NCBI GenBank assembly: GCA_963769425.1 | Contig: CAVYLP010000006.1 | Span: forward strand, 416,001-480,000 | Direction of reading: 5' to 3' | Source: Candidatus Bathyarchaeota archaeon | GTDB lineage: Archaea > Thermoproteota > Bathyarchaeia > TCS64 | DNA: 64,000 nt | Shown: positions 31,303 through 42,190 of the stretch, piece after piece | Layout: every line of letters begins with the position of its first letter | Position numbering within the stretch: position 1 is the stretch's first letter | Position numbers and translations under genes: made by a program | Notes under the pieces: generated by a model | The model's input: only the letters and a program-made list of their open reading frames with translations | Told to the model about the DNA's origin: nothing | Database searches by the model: none

Positions 31303-32325
31303 ATGCCAACCAGAGTCGACTTCGACGACCGCCTCCTCGGCAGGATACACGGATGCCTCGCCGGTGTCGCGGTGGGAGACGCCCTCGGGATGCCGATGGC
31401 GGGCTGGACCCCCGCGGAGGTCAAGAGCCGATACGGGCACGTCACCGACCTCATAGCCCCGGCCCCGGACCACCCCCTCCACGGGAAGCTCCCCCTCGGC
31501 TCCATCACAGACGACACCCAGCTCACAATGGCCATAGTCGACATGATACTCGTTGACGGCGCCGTGAGCCGCCGAGGCATGGCGGACAGGATAGTGAAGT
31601 GGGTAACCGAGAACAACCTGCTTGAGACTCGGATACTCGGCCCTAGCACGAAGGCCGCGGTGCGCGACCTCATTGCGGGGCGCGACCCCTCGGAGACGGG
31701 GAGGATGGGCACCACGAACGGTGGGGCCATGAAGATTTCACCCATCGGCATCATCAACGTGGCACGCCCCATGGCGAAGCTCGTCGACGACGTAGAGGAG
31801 ACCTGTATGCCCACCCACTGCACCGGCGTGGCGATAGCGGCCTCCGCAGCCGTGGCGGCGGCTATCTCCGAGGCGCTCAGGGCTGACTCAACAACAAACT
31901 CGGTCGTCACGGCGTCGAGGCGCGCCGCTAAGATGGGGGAGACACGCGGGGCCCAGCTCGCCTACCCGAGCGTCGAGAAGAGGATCGCGATGGCAGCACG
32001 GCTCGTCAGGGGCAAGACCCCGGAGAGGGCAGCGGAGGCTCTCTACGACCAGATAGGCGCGGACATCTCGAGCAGCGACGCGATACCCACCGCCATCGGC
32101 CTCTTCGCCGCTGGGGGAGGTGACCCGATGGAGACGATCACCCTCACCGCCAACATGGGGGGCGACACCGACACGATCGGCGCCATGGCGGGAGGAATAG
32201 CCGGCGCCTACACGGGCATCGACGCCTTCCCCAGACACATCATCGACACGGTCGAGAAAGTCAACCACCTCGACCTCGCCGAGAAATCGGTGCTCCTCAT
32301 GGAGTTCGCGAGGCGGTACCTTTGA
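31303..32325 (+). CDS. ADP-ribosylglycohydrolase (DraG/ARH) family
   Basis: AVGDALGMP, TDDTQL, TNGGAMKISP, GGDTDTIGAMAG. Confidence 0.92.
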   Translation: MPTRVDFDDRLLGRIHGCLAGVAVGDALGMPMAGWTPAEVKSRYGHVTDLIAPAPDHPLHGKLPLGSITDDTQLTMAIVDMILVDGAVSRRGMADRIVKWVTENNLLETRILGPSTKAAVRDLIAGRDPSETGRMGTTNGGAMKISPIGIINVARPMAKLVDDVEETCMPTHCTGVAIAASAAVAAAISEALRADSTTNSVVTASRRAAKMGETRGAQLAYPSVEKRIAMAARLVRGKTPERAAEALYDQIGADISSSDAIPTAIGLFAAGGGDPMETITLTANMGGDTDTIGAMAGGIAGAYTGIDAFPRHIIDTVEKVNHLDLAEKSVLLMEFARRYL

Positions 32326-33276
32326 CCATCGACATGGTGGCCGTCGGCGACTCCACAGTCGACATCGTCGTCCCCGTCCCCCGCTTCCTCAGGGGAAACG
32401 AGGACAGCCTCCACAGTTCAGGGCTGGAGAGGCACATGGGGGGCTCGAGCAACTACCTCATAGAGGCGAGCCGCCTCGGCCTTCGGGTGGGCGTCGCCGA
32501 CGCCATAGGGGACGATGACCTCGGAGCCTTCTACAGGGCGGGCCTTGAGGAGGAGGGCGTCGACACCTCCCAACTCGTCGTCAGGGAAGGGGGTAGGACA
32601 ACCGGCTGCCTCGTCCTCCTCACCAAGAGGGGGAGGCACGCCTACGTGGGGCTCGAGGGGGTCAGCGGGACCTACACGCCGGAGGAGCTTGACGAGGGCT
32701 ACGTCTCTGAGGCACACTCCCTACTCATGTCCGGCTACCCCCTCGCTGAGGACCCGATATCCTCCGCGGTCGCCAAGGCGATGAGGACCGCGAAGAGGAC
32801 GGGCAGACCCATATTCTTCGACCCCAGCCCCGTCGCCGACTCCATCCAACCCAAACTGCTCCGAGAAGCCGTGGCGTCGACACACACCCTCATCCTCAAC
32901 GAGAGGGAGATGGGCCTCATCGCGTCCACCCTCAAGGTGAAGGCCAACGCGGACAGCCTCATCGAACTCGGCGCGAAGCGCGTCGTACTGAAGCGTGGGT
33001 GCGAGGGTTGCACGTTCCACGACAGATCTCGGTTTCGCGGATTACCCCGGGTTCAGGGTCCGCGTCGTCGACACTACGGGGGCCGGGGACTCATTCGACG
33101 CCGCCATCGTCTACGGGACCCTCAGGGGCCTGAGCGACGAGGACACGGCCACTCTCGCAAACGCCGCAGGGGCAGTGAAGGTGGGGAAGAAGGGCGCTGG
33201 GAGAAACGTGCCGACGCGGGCTGAACTGGTAGCCTTCCTCGAGGAGAGGGGGCTCCCACTAGCTTCTGAACTTTAG
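32322..33276 (+). CDS. PfkB/ribokinase family kinase, frameshift ~33027
   Basis: GGSSNY, IGDDDLG, FFDPSP, NEREM; shifted frame VVDTTGAGDSFDAA. Confidence 0.9.
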
Positions 33277-34371
33277 CCGCTCCTGGATTACGCGCGCGAA
33301 GTCGCTGCGCGTCACTATGCCGACTAGCTTCCCATCCTGGACGACGGGCAAGCGTCCGACACCCGCCTTCGCCAGCTTGATCAGCGCGTCCACCGCCGCG
33401 TCTCCGGGGCCTATGGTGACGAGGTTCTTCATACTCTTCATGACCTGGTCGACGCGTCTCTCGTCCCAGTGCTCTGGTCCGACCTTGCGCACGTCCTCGT
33501 CCGTGACGAGTCCGAGTAGCTCCCCATTCTTGACGACCGGGAAGCCGTGGTGCTTCGTCGGCACCAGAGCGTAGTCCTGTAGCTGCTGGAGGGTGAGGTC
33601 GGGCTCGACCGTCTTCACATCCTTCGTCATTATCTCGCCGACGGTGACGCCTGTGAGGGCCTGCGTGACACGCGTCTCGTTCATGCTCGCCTGGGCGCTG
33701 CTGTTGACGAAGAGACCGATGAAGAGGAGCCAGATGCCGTTGAAGTCGCCGTAGAGGACCGTGTCGAGGAAGCCGAGGCCGATGAAGCCGTAGCTGAAGA
33801 CGCGGGAGACCGTTGTTACGGTGCGTGTCGACTTGAGTATGTCCTTGTTCCTCCCCCAGACTATGCCGCGCAGGACCCTGCCGCCGTCCATGGGGAAGGC
33901 GGGGATGAGGTTGAAGGCGGCGAGGACGAAGTTGATGTACCCGGCGTACTGGAGGACCGCGAGGACAGCGAGGGGCAGGAAGCCCCCGACTAGGTAGATG
34001 CCGTAGAAGACGACCCCGAGAACTATGCTCGTCAGCGGGCCAGCGGCCGCCATACGCAGCTCAGCCTGTGGGGTGTGCGCCTCCTCCGCCGTCTCCGATA
34101 CCCCGCCGAGGAAGTAGAGGGTGATGCTGTTCACCTTGATGTTGAACCTCTGCGCCACGACGCTGTGGGCGACCTCGTGTATGAGGACGGAGATGAAGAG
34201 CATCGCCGCTGAGACGGCACCTACTCCCCAGTAGAAGACGTCGCTCTGCCCTGGGTACCCATATGGGAGGTAACCCGAGGCGAGTGACCACGCGAGCAGC
34301 GCGAAGATCAGGAACCAGCTGTAGTGGAGGCGAATGTCGACGCCGCTGAGGCGGCCCACCTTGAGAGACAA
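33259..34371 (-). CDS. Site-2 protease (M50) with tandem CBS domains
   Basis: HEVAH, AAGPL, FNLIPAFPMDGGR, C-terminal CBS pair. Confidence 0.93.
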   Translation of the reverse strand: MSLKVGRLSGVDIRLHYSWFLIFALLAWSLASGYLPYGYPGQSDVFYWGVGAVSAAMLFISVLIHEVAHSVVAQRFNIKVNSITLYFLGGVSETAEEAHTPQAELRMAAAGPLTSIVLGVVFYGIYLVGGFLPLAVLAVLQYAGYINFVLAAFNLIPAFPMDGGRVLRGIVWGRNKDILKSTRTVTTVSRVFSYGFIGLGFLDTVLYGDFNGIWLLFIGLFVNSSAQASMNETRVTQALTGVTVGEIMTKDVKTVEPDLTLQQLQDYALVPTKHHGFPVVKNGELLGLVTDEDVRKVGPEHWDERRVDQVMKSMKNLVTIGPGDAAVDALIKLAKAGVGRLPVVQDGKLVGIVTRSDFARVIQERLKFRS

Positions 34372-34475
34372 CTAGATCACAGGGATTCGGTCGGAACCCG
34401 TTTTTAATAACCTTCTGACCGGGTAAAAGTTTCCTCGGTAGCAAAAACTAAAACACTCTCGGCACGAATAGTCTT

Positions 34476-36135
34476 GTGATGATAACCTGGGTTGGGATCG
34501 CCCTCGCTTCCTGCCTGCTCCTGCTCGCCACGGTAGGCGACTGCTTCTGCCCCGCCCCAGTCGACGATCCATATCGGGGACATCACCCTCACAGGGTCGC
34601 AGGTCTACGAGGTAAGGGGTGGGACACTGCGACAGAAGGGCAATATCTTCGTCGGAGACAACGCCACCCTGAGACTCGTCGACGCCGACCTTGAGTTCCT
34701 GAAGACCAACGTCGAGAACAAGCAATTCAACTTCACCATCTCGGGGCACGGCCACCTGATCCTGCAGAACTCGAGACTCAACCTCACCAACTTCTACTCC
34801 GTATCGGCCTCAGATGAAGCCGAGGTGATCCTCGAAGGCTCCAAGGCGATCATGTACGAACCCTACGGCTCAAACGGGTACCTCATCGTGGGGGGATTCA
34901 CGCTCTTTGGTGACGCATCCATACAGGCCAGCGACTCGAAGATCGGGATGATTGACCTCAGGGACGGGTCATCGGCGAGTGCCACAAACACCCTAGTCGG
35001 GAGGGTGTACGAGAGGGGGAACGGCGGATATCGTCTCGATAACTGCACAGCGGAGTACCTCTTCTTCTGGCTACAGGACTCGACGGGCGTTGTAAAGCTG
35101 CGGGCGAGCGGGTTCGTCGGGCACTGGGACTCGAAGACGGATTCCACGGGGTTCCCATACAACGTGGAGTTGAGCAACACGACACTCCTCAAGGGCTTCT
35201 ATCCCATGTTCAATAACTCGAACGTCACGCTAGTCGATTCCGACCTCTACGGGGTCGGCATCTTCTTCAGCGGACTCGTAATCGATAACAGCACACTCAC
35301 GGAGATAAACATCGACCATGGCACGGCACTGGAGGTCAGGGACTCCACTATAGACTCGATCGATACGTGGAGCAGCGTCGTGCCCAGTCTGGAGATATCA
35401 GGGTCGCGCATCAGGTCGCTTATCTTCCCGACGCAGGCCCCCACCTGCATGATCGATGTAAGTGGGTCAAATATCGGAGACGCGGAACTCGAATACTACA
35501 CCCAAGATGACATGAAGGGAATTGTATGGCTCCGTGACACGAGGTTCGGAAACCTGACCTTTAGTTATGGTCCTTTCGAGGTCCACGCTGTCAACGTCAC
35601 AGTTGCCGATAGGTTCGGGTTCATCAACCAGTACATCCCCTCCGAACTCAAGGTCTCGGGTATCATCGTTTTCGGCCCCGGGTGCACATATGAGAGGGAT
35701 GTGGATAGCCTAGACGCCTGGGTGAGGCGGACGTACGACATCTATGTGACGAGCGGCTCGGAGCCGCTCGCGAGGGCTAGCATCGAGGTGCGCGGGGTTA
35801 ACGCCACGAGCAAGGATATGGAGACCGACGCCAACGGCTACGCCCACTTCGACCTAGTGTTCAGGGACAGATTCGAGCTGGTGAAGTCCCCCCAGCCTGG
35901 CGGGCCATATGCGATGAAGGAGTTCAACATGACGGCTCCCATCACCCTGACAGTCAGCCACGGCGGAGACATCTACGAGGCGGGAGTCGGGCTCCTGACA
36001 ACCACACCCGTTGAGGTGTCATTTCCCGCGTACACGCGCCCCCAGAGGGAGGCGTTAGCCGCATTCTTCTCCGCGGCTCTCATCCTCCTCGCGACTTACG
36101 TTGTCTACTGGCAGAAGTTTGCTCGCAGGTCTTAA
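34476..36135 (+). CDS. Secreted, C-terminally membrane-anchored beta-rich surface protein (frameshift ~34538)
   Basis: Signal peptide in ORF 34476; after a shift the frame is open into ORF 34825. Short beta-strand repeats, TDANGYA domain, C-terminal TM followed by KFARR. Confidence 0.7.
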
Positions 36136-36167
36136 ACGGGTTCGGGGCGATCTTACCCTGATCCAAG

Positions 36168-36533
36168 ATGGCGAAGATCGTTAAGCGAAAGGACGCGCCC
36201 CGGCTCGAAACGGTTGCTGGGCGCCACGGCGAGATACTCATGGCGGGGGAGAAGTGCATGATGATGATCAACACGATCGAACCCGGCCTCCCCACGCCGC
36301 CCCACAGCCACCCCCACGAGCAGATAGGATACCTCCAAGAGGGGGAGGGTGACCTCTACATCGGCGACGAGATGATACACATAAAGGCCCAGTGTAGCTT
36401 CGTCGCTCCCGGCGGCGTCACTCATAACTTCGACGCCACGGGAAGCAAGCCCGCCGTCCTCATAGAGTGCTTCGCGCCCCCAAGGGAGGACTACCTAGAG
36501 CGCGTCGCCAAGGACGGCAAGAAAAAGAAGTAG
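36168..36533 (+). CDS. Cupin domain protein
   Basis: PPHSHPHEQIGY...GGVTH...FAPPREDY. Confidence 0.9.
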   Translation: MAKIVKRKDAPRLETVAGRHGEILMAGEKCMMMINTIEPGLPTPPHSHPHEQIGYLQEGEGDLYIGDEMIHIKAQCSFVAPGGVTHNFDATGSKPAVLIECFAPPREDYLERVAKDGKKKK

Positions 36534-36535
36534 GA

Positions 36536-36991
36536 CTACTTCAGGTTATTCAGCATCCTGAAGTCCTCCTTGACTGTATTGAGGACGACGTGCGTGTTCG
36601 TCCTCTCGATGTCCGGCATACTGAGGAGGGCCTTCGGGAACTCGCTGAGCTCCTGCCTGTTCTTGAACTTCGCGACGACTATGCTGTCGATCTCGCCGGT
36701 GATGTCATAGACGGCGCAGACGTAGGGGAGCTTGCTGATGGCCTTCTGGACCTCTATGAGCTTCCCTCGGGCCACGGTGATCTCGATGATGACCGTGAGC
36801 TCGTATCCGAGCCTCTCCCAGTCGACCATGATCGTGTAGTCCTTCACGACCCCCGCGGACTCGAGTCGGCTGATGTGGTTGATCACCGTCGCCGTACTGA
36901 CACCAATCGCCTTCGCCAGTTCCCTCTGGCTTCTCTTAGAGTCCCTCAGCAGCTCGCTGAGGACCTTCCGGTCTATCTCGTCTAGCATGAA
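36536..36991 (-). CDS. Lrp/AsnC family transcriptional regulator
   Basis: LDEIDRKVLSELLRDSKRSQRELAKAIGVS; VYDITGEID. Confidence 0.92.
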   Translation of the reverse strand, partial: FMLDEIDRKVLSELLRDSKRSQRELAKAIGVSTATVINHISRLESAGVVKDYTIMVDWERLGYELTVIIEITVARGKLIEVQKAISKLPYVCAVYDITGEIDSIVVAKFKNRQELSEFPKALLSMPDIERTNTHVVLNTVKEDFRMLNNLK

Positions 36992-37149
36992 CATGGGCAT
37001 CTCACCTTATCGCTTTGAGCTGTAAAAGTATACACGTGTATATGAAATTTATGATAAGTTTAATATATGTAGATGGTAGAAGCGGATTTCATTAAAGTTG
37101 TTGGTGATGTCATCTGTCCGATGAAAGGGGGTACGGGACGGCGGCCGCG

Positions 37150-38007
37150 ATGACGGTCGCGATCATCTGGGGGCTGAGCTTCGTGGCGGCGAGCGTCGTG
37201 CTGACGACTCTCCCACCTGTAATACTTGCGGCGGTGAGGTTCCTCATAGCTGCAGCAATCTACGCACCAGTGGTACTCTGGGAGTACAGCAGGGGAAACA
37301 AGCCGACGATAGCGGACCTGAAAGAGCTCGCCGCCCTGGGCTTCCTCAGCATAAGCATCTACTTCTGGCTCCAGTATACGGGCGTCGCGTACGCCGGTGC
37401 CGGAGTCTCGGCTGTCATCGTCACGGGACTCATCCCAGTCCTGACTGGCCTCGCGGGCACGGTCATCCTGAAGGAGAGGTTCAACCTGAAAAAGGGCTTC
37501 GGGATAACCCTGGGCCTCGCTGGGGTTGTCCTGATCGCCCTCCCCAAGCTCCTCGTCAGCAACGTGGACTGGCTATTCTTCGTTGGTGTCCTTTGCCTCC
37601 TCGGCAACGCGGTCTGCTGGAGCCTATACTCCACTCTGAGCCGGAGGCTGATGAAGAGGATCGGGAAGCCCCTGATGGTCACAGCCTACACGACGTTCTT
37701 TGGGATGCTCTTCCTCCTCCCCATGAGCCTCACGGCTGATTGGGGGACTGTCTCCCTCCTCTCGTCGAGCCAGTGGTGGAGCATACTCTACCTCGCTGTC
37801 ATCTGCAGCAGCGGAGGCTACTTCCTCTGGAACTACGCCCTCAGCAAGACTGAGGCGGTGAAGGCGACGACGTGGCTGTACCTCGAGCCTGTGGCGGCCT
37901 TCGTGGGCTCCTTCGCCCTCTTCGGCGTAGTGCCGCTACCTCTTACAATCCTCGGAGGGGCCGCGATCCTTATCGGGGCACTCTTAACAAGTCTATCCAA
38001 ACAATAA
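37150..38007 (+). CDS. DMT/EamA family transporter
   Basis: IWGLSF, AVRFLIA, LKERF, YLEPVAA; about 10 TMs. Start may be 37114. Confidence 0.9.
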   Translation: MTVAIIWGLSFVAASVVLTTLPPVILAAVRFLIAAAIYAPVVLWEYSRGNKPTIADLKELAALGFLSISIYFWLQYTGVAYAGAGVSAVIVTGLIPVLTGLAGTVILKERFNLKKGFGITLGLAGVVLIALPKLLVSNVDWLFFVGVLCLLGNAVCWSLYSTLSRRLMKRIGKPLMVTAYTTFFGMLFLLPMSLTADWGTVSLLSSSQWWSILYLAVICSSGGYFLWNYALSKTEAVKATTWLYLEPVAAFVGSFALFGVVPLPLTILGGAAILIGALLTSLSKQ

Positions 38008-38094
38008 CTAAAAGCGAGTTTCACCTTTTTGCTATACATTTGTATAGGAAAATAGGGATAAGGTATATATTAATCGTCTAGGTAAAGCTATGAT

Positions 38095-39453
38095 ATGCCT
38101 AAGAGCGTTCTTACTCATCCTGACAGTATCGAGCCGATTATGGCTGAAGTGAAGAAGCGCGACATCCGATACATTCGTATAATCGTTGTCGACATGAACG
38201 GCATGCCGAGGGCCCTGATCATCCCCGAGTACGAGCTACCCACCGCCCTCCGCGATGGAATCGGGATCGACGGGTCGAGCCTCGGCCTCGTCCCGATCGA
38301 GCACAGCGACCTCACCGCCCACCCCGACCCGACGACCTTCATGGTCCCGATGTGGGAGACGCCCGGAGTCGCCCTAATGTTCACCTACCTCAGCAGGCCC
38401 AACGGCGCACACTTCGAGGGTGACTCCCGAGGCCGCCTCAGGTCCGCCCTCGACGAGCTCGAGGAGAAAGGCATGGGCCTCAACACGGGCCCCGAGCTCG
38501 AGTACTTCTACGTCCAGCGCCAGAACGGGGGCATCGTCCCCTACGGCGCGGGTGGCTACTACTACCTCCCACCCATGGACCCGACCGAGGACATGAAGCT
38601 GGAGACGATGATGTACCTCGAGGACGCGGGTTTCCAGCTCGAGAAGATCCACCACGAGGTCGGTATGGGGCAACAGGAGATCAACTTCCGATACGCAGAC
38701 GCCCTGAAGACGGCGGACAACACCGTCCTCTACAAGCTCGTCGTAAAGACGGTCGCCGAGAAGCACGGATACCCAGCGACCTTCATGCCCAAGCCCTTCT
38801 GGGGGATGAACGGCTCCGGCTGCCACTTCCACCTCAGCCTCACCGACCTAAAAACGGGCAGGAACCTATTCGGTGACAGGGACAGCGACAACGGCCTCAG
38901 TAAGCTCGCCTACGGCTATATAGCTGGCGTGCTAAGCCACGCGAAGGCGATGAGCATGGTCGTGGCCCCGCTTGTCAACAGCTACAAGAGGCTAGTACCA
39001 CACTACGAGGCCCCAGTCTACATCGCGTGGGGACTCGGCAACAGGTCAGCGATAGTCCGTGTACCGCAGTACCCGGGCGACAAGGCCAAAGTCACGCGCA
39101 TCGAGTACAGACACCCCGACCCCAGCTGCAACCCCTACCTCGCAACAACAGCGATGCTCATGTCCGGCCTCGACGGCATAAAGCGGAAGGCGGACCCGCC
39201 GGGAATATTCGACGATAACGTCTACCACGCTAAGAACCTGGAGATGCTACCGGAGCACCTTGGGGACGCCGTCGACATCTTCGAGAAGGACAAGGTCCTA
39301 ACCGATGCCCTCGGCGACTACATAAGCGGGACCCTCGTCAAGGCGAAGAGAGCCGAGTTCGAGGCCTACCTTAAGTACGTGGGTACGGACTGGGCTTCGA
39401 GCCGCCCACGCATCACCCCATGGGAGATAGACAGGTACCTGGTCACCTGCTAA
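38095..39453 (+). CDS. glnA: Glutamine synthetase type I family
   Basis: DGSS, GPELEYF, HHEVGMGQQEI, TFMPKP, NGSGCH, NSYKRLVP, NRSAIVR, RIEYRHPD. Confidence 0.9.
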   Translation: MPKSVLTHPDSIEPIMAEVKKRDIRYIRIIVVDMNGMPRALIIPEYELPTALRDGIGIDGSSLGLVPIEHSDLTAHPDPTTFMVPMWETPGVALMFTYLSRPNGAHFEGDSRGRLRSALDELEEKGMGLNTGPELEYFYVQRQNGGIVPYGAGGYYYLPPMDPTEDMKLETMMYLEDAGFQLEKIHHEVGMGQQEINFRYADALKTADNTVLYKLVVKTVAEKHGYPATFMPKPFWGMNGSGCHFHLSLTDLKTGRNLFGDRDSDNGLSKLAYGYIAGVLSHAKAMSMVVAPLVNSYKRLVPHYEAPVYIAWGLGNRSAIVRVPQYPGDKAKVTRIEYRHPDPSCNPYLATTAMLMSGLDGIKRKADPPGIFDDNVYHAKNLEMLPEHLGDAVDIFEKDKVLTDALGDYISGTLVKAKRAEFEAYLKYVGTDWASSRPRITPWEIDRYLVTC

Positions 39454-39859
39454 ACCTGCGGGGGCACCCCATCTCCTCGATCTTCGAGGGTAGGTCCTCA
39501 AGTTCCTCAACCATTCTACCGTACCACCTGTCGAGCATATCTCTTATCGATGCCCTGAGCTTCACGGGAGGCACGGCCATGTAGACATACTTGTACCCAC
39601 CGACCCCGATTAGCTCCTCGTTTCTGGTTGCCAGCCCCTTCTCCACAAGCGACTGTAGCAGTCTCTGTGTTGTGGGGCGGCTCTTATCCAGCCTGTCTGC
39701 TACCTCCTGCACAGTCGTCTTCCCAAGCCCGGAGAGGGCGCAGTACGCCTCGACCTCCGAGGTCTTCACACCGAGGGCACACCTCATCAGGTCGTCCGCC
39801 CCGAGGCTGGGCGCGTTTATCAGGCTCTGTAGCTCCCTGAGAGACACATGTTCAATGAT
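39443..39859 (-). CDS. TrmB-like HTH transcriptional regulator
   Basis: TVQEVADRLDKSRPTTQRLLQSLVEKGLA...GGYKYVY. Confidence 0.82.
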   Translation of the reverse strand: MIEHVSLRELQSLINAPSLGADDLMRCALGVKTSEVEAYCALSGLGKTTVQEVADRLDKSRPTTQRLLQSLVEKGLATRNEELIGVGGYKYVYMAVPPVKLRASIRDMLDRWYGRMVEELEDLPSKIEEMGCPRRFSR

Positions 39860-39917
39860 GTTGAACACCTTAAAATATCTTTATATCCGGCGCAAACCAA
39901 CAAGAAGACGAAGAAGA

Positions 39918-40244
39918 ATGGCGGAACATAAAACCGTCGAGGTAACCGACGACTCCTTCGAGGAGTTCGTCGCCAAGAACAAGATCGCGGTCATAGACTG
40001 CTGGGCAGCTTGGTGCGGCCCCTGCACCATGCTCAGCCCTGTTGTAGAGCAGCTCGCTGGCGAGTACACGAACATCACCTTCGGGAAGCTCAACGTCGAT
40101 GAGAACAGGAAGGTCCCGATGAAATTCGGCATCATGAGTATCCCCACCCTACTCTACTTCAAGGACGGGAAACTCGCCGATAAGACACTCGGGGCACTCC
40201 CAAAGAAGATGCTTGAGGGCAGGCTCCAGCGGCTCACCGAATAG
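39918..40244 (+). CDS. trxA: Thioredoxin
   Basis: WAAWCGPC, KLNVDEN, IMSIPTL. Confidence 0.95.
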   Translation: MAEHKTVEVTDDSFEEFVAKNKIAVIDCWAAWCGPCTMLSPVVEQLAGEYTNITFGKLNVDENRKVPMKFGIMSIPTLLYFKDGKLADKTLGALPKKMLEGRLQRLTE

Positions 40245-40595
40245 GCTCATATCTCGGCATTGAGGATATTTAAGAACCGCAATAATTCAAGCGATTTTAT
40301 CAACTTTATAAAGACGTGGTTGAGACCACCGTCTTAGGCACTTTCTCTATGTGCTCATCCTGCTCAGCGACACGACGCTGAACCTAAAGTATCTTCTCCT
40401 TTAGCATCTTCAATAGCTTAAAACCCCAAACTTTGGAAGCTTTAGGTTGGTAACACAAGTCTGAACGGGAGGAAGACCAGCTTTTGATAACTGATTTTTT
40501 TCAAATATCATATGCTACAATGACAAAAGGAGCCTAAAAACTGTTTCTTTTCCACACACATTAAACACTTAATCGTATGGATTTTTTAATAAAAG

Positions 40596-40850
40596 TTAGG
40601 CCACGGGGCCGAGGGCGGCGAGAATCTCCTCGGTGGAGATTATGCCCCTAAATGGCTTCCCACCGATGATCAATGCGGGGACCGTCATGAGCCCTTGCTT
40701 CCTCGCCAACCCGATGTGGTCGGGAAGCGTGTAAACCACTACCCTCGTACTGGGGCGGAGTTTCATCACATGTGCCAAGTTCTCCGCCACTTGCTTACAC
40801 TTGCCACAGAGGGGTATGCGGAAGAAGACTACGTCGGCCTCGACTGACAT
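40596..40850 (-). CDS. Small thioredoxin/glutaredoxin-like protein
   Basis: PLCGKC (CxxC) and MTVPAL cis-Pro motif. Confidence 0.75.
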   Translation of the reverse strand: MSVEADVVFFRIPLCGKCKQVAENLAHVMKLRPSTRVVVYTLPDHIGLARKQGLMTVPALIIGGKPFRGIISTEEILAALGPVA

Positions 40851-40951
40851 GTATCCTACTCCATCGCCTGCGAATAAATAAGCTCCTCATGAGCGCCTGA
40901 AAGTGTTTTATACGATCCCATCCCAAGCCAGTGGATAAGTCGGGGAATCTG

Positions 40952-42151
40952 ATGCTTGAGCTAGTCGGCCTACTCTTAGCCTTCGTCGTCATCTTCGCGC
41001 TAAGGTTCAGGAACTTCGACTTCGCTGGGAGCATCCTCATCGCTGCGGGCATCATAGGGGTGACCTCGGGGAAGCCGCTCACCATCTTCGTCGGCGTCCT
41101 CTACGAGACGCTGGCGGACAAGACGACGTGGGAGCTATGTGCCGCGGTTGGGGTCATCACGATCTTCGGTTACACCCTTAAAGAGACGGGGCACATGACG
41201 GACCTCATCGAGAAGCTACGCAGCTTCCTCCCCAGCAGGGTTCTGCTTGCCCTCATACCCGCCCTCTTCGGGATACTCACCATGCCCGGCGGCGCTCTCA
41301 TGTCCGTTCCCTTCAACGAACCGGAGGCAGACAGGCTCAAGCTCAAGCCCGAGTACAGGACCTACATCAATATCTGGTTCAGGCATGTCTGGTACTGGGC
41401 CTCCCCCATCAGCACAACAACGCTGCTCGCCTGCAGCATAGCGGGCATCGCCCTCCTTGACTTCATTAAGCTCAATCTCCCAATCTTTGTCCTGACCTGG
41501 ATCATCGGCTTCGCTGTGACGTGGGCGTGGATAAAGGGCGAAAAGATCGCTGACGGCGGGGTGAGGGACTACAGGGGTAGCCTCGTCGGCCTCTCCCCAA
41601 TACTCGTCACTGTCGCCCTCACCCTAGTCGGCGCCCCCATCTGGGTCGCGGTCCTCGTCGGGATACTCATGGTCGTGCTGATGAGGAGGGTAAATCCGAG
41701 GAGGGCCGTCGACTTCGTCGTGAAGGGGGTGAAGCTCGACATAGTCGCCGCAGTCTTCGCGACGCTGTTCTTCAGGTACATGGTTGTTGACTCGGGGAGT
41801 GTGAACATCCTCCTCGGGGACATACTCGGGCTGGGTGTGCCCCTGTTGGCGCTCTTCATAGTCGTCCCCCTCCTCGTCGGCGCGATCTCGGCGCAGCCCA
41901 CCCTCGGCATCGGTATTGTGTTCCCAATCCTCATGCCACTCGTCGCCCCAATCAACGCCTACTGGATGACCATCATGTTCGCGGGGATAGTCGCGGGTTA
42001 CACGGGCTCCCCCCTACACCTCTGCCTCATACTCACCAACCAGTACTGCAAGTCCGACCTCAACAAAGTCTACAGGTACCTGATACCGTCGCTGCTGCTG
42101 CTACTCGGCGTCGTAATCGTCTACCACGTCGCGCTGGGTGGCCTGTGGTAA
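40952..42151 (+). CDS. DUF401-like membrane protein (ion-transporter superfamily)
   Basis: PALFGILTMPGGALMS, NIWFRH, SPLHLCLILTNQY. Confidence 0.8.
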   Translation: MLELVGLLLAFVVIFALRFRNFDFAGSILIAAGIIGVTSGKPLTIFVGVLYETLADKTTWELCAAVGVITIFGYTLKETGHMTDLIEKLRSFLPSRVLLALIPALFGILTMPGGALMSVPFNEPEADRLKLKPEYRTYINIWFRHVWYWASPISTTTLLACSIAGIALLDFIKLNLPIFVLTWIIGFAVTWAWIKGEKIADGGVRDYRGSLVGLSPILVTVALTLVGAPIWVAVLVGILMVVLMRRVNPRRAVDFVVKGVKLDIVAAVFATLFFRYMVVDSGSVNILLGDILGLGVPLLALFIVVPLLVGAISAQPTLGIGIVFPILMPLVAPINAYWMTIMFAGIVAGYTGSPLHLCLILTNQYCKSDLNKVYRYLIPSLLLLLGVVIVYHVALGGLW

Positions 42152-42190
42152 CGCCTTTAACCACCTCCGCCTGATTCTTAACCGGTCAGT

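Noticed and set aside
40245-40595. AT-rich intergenic tract with coding-like minus-strand remnant (LLKMLKEKIL*VQRRVAEQDEH)
   Set aside because: Too short and interrupted to assign; no IS ends seen.
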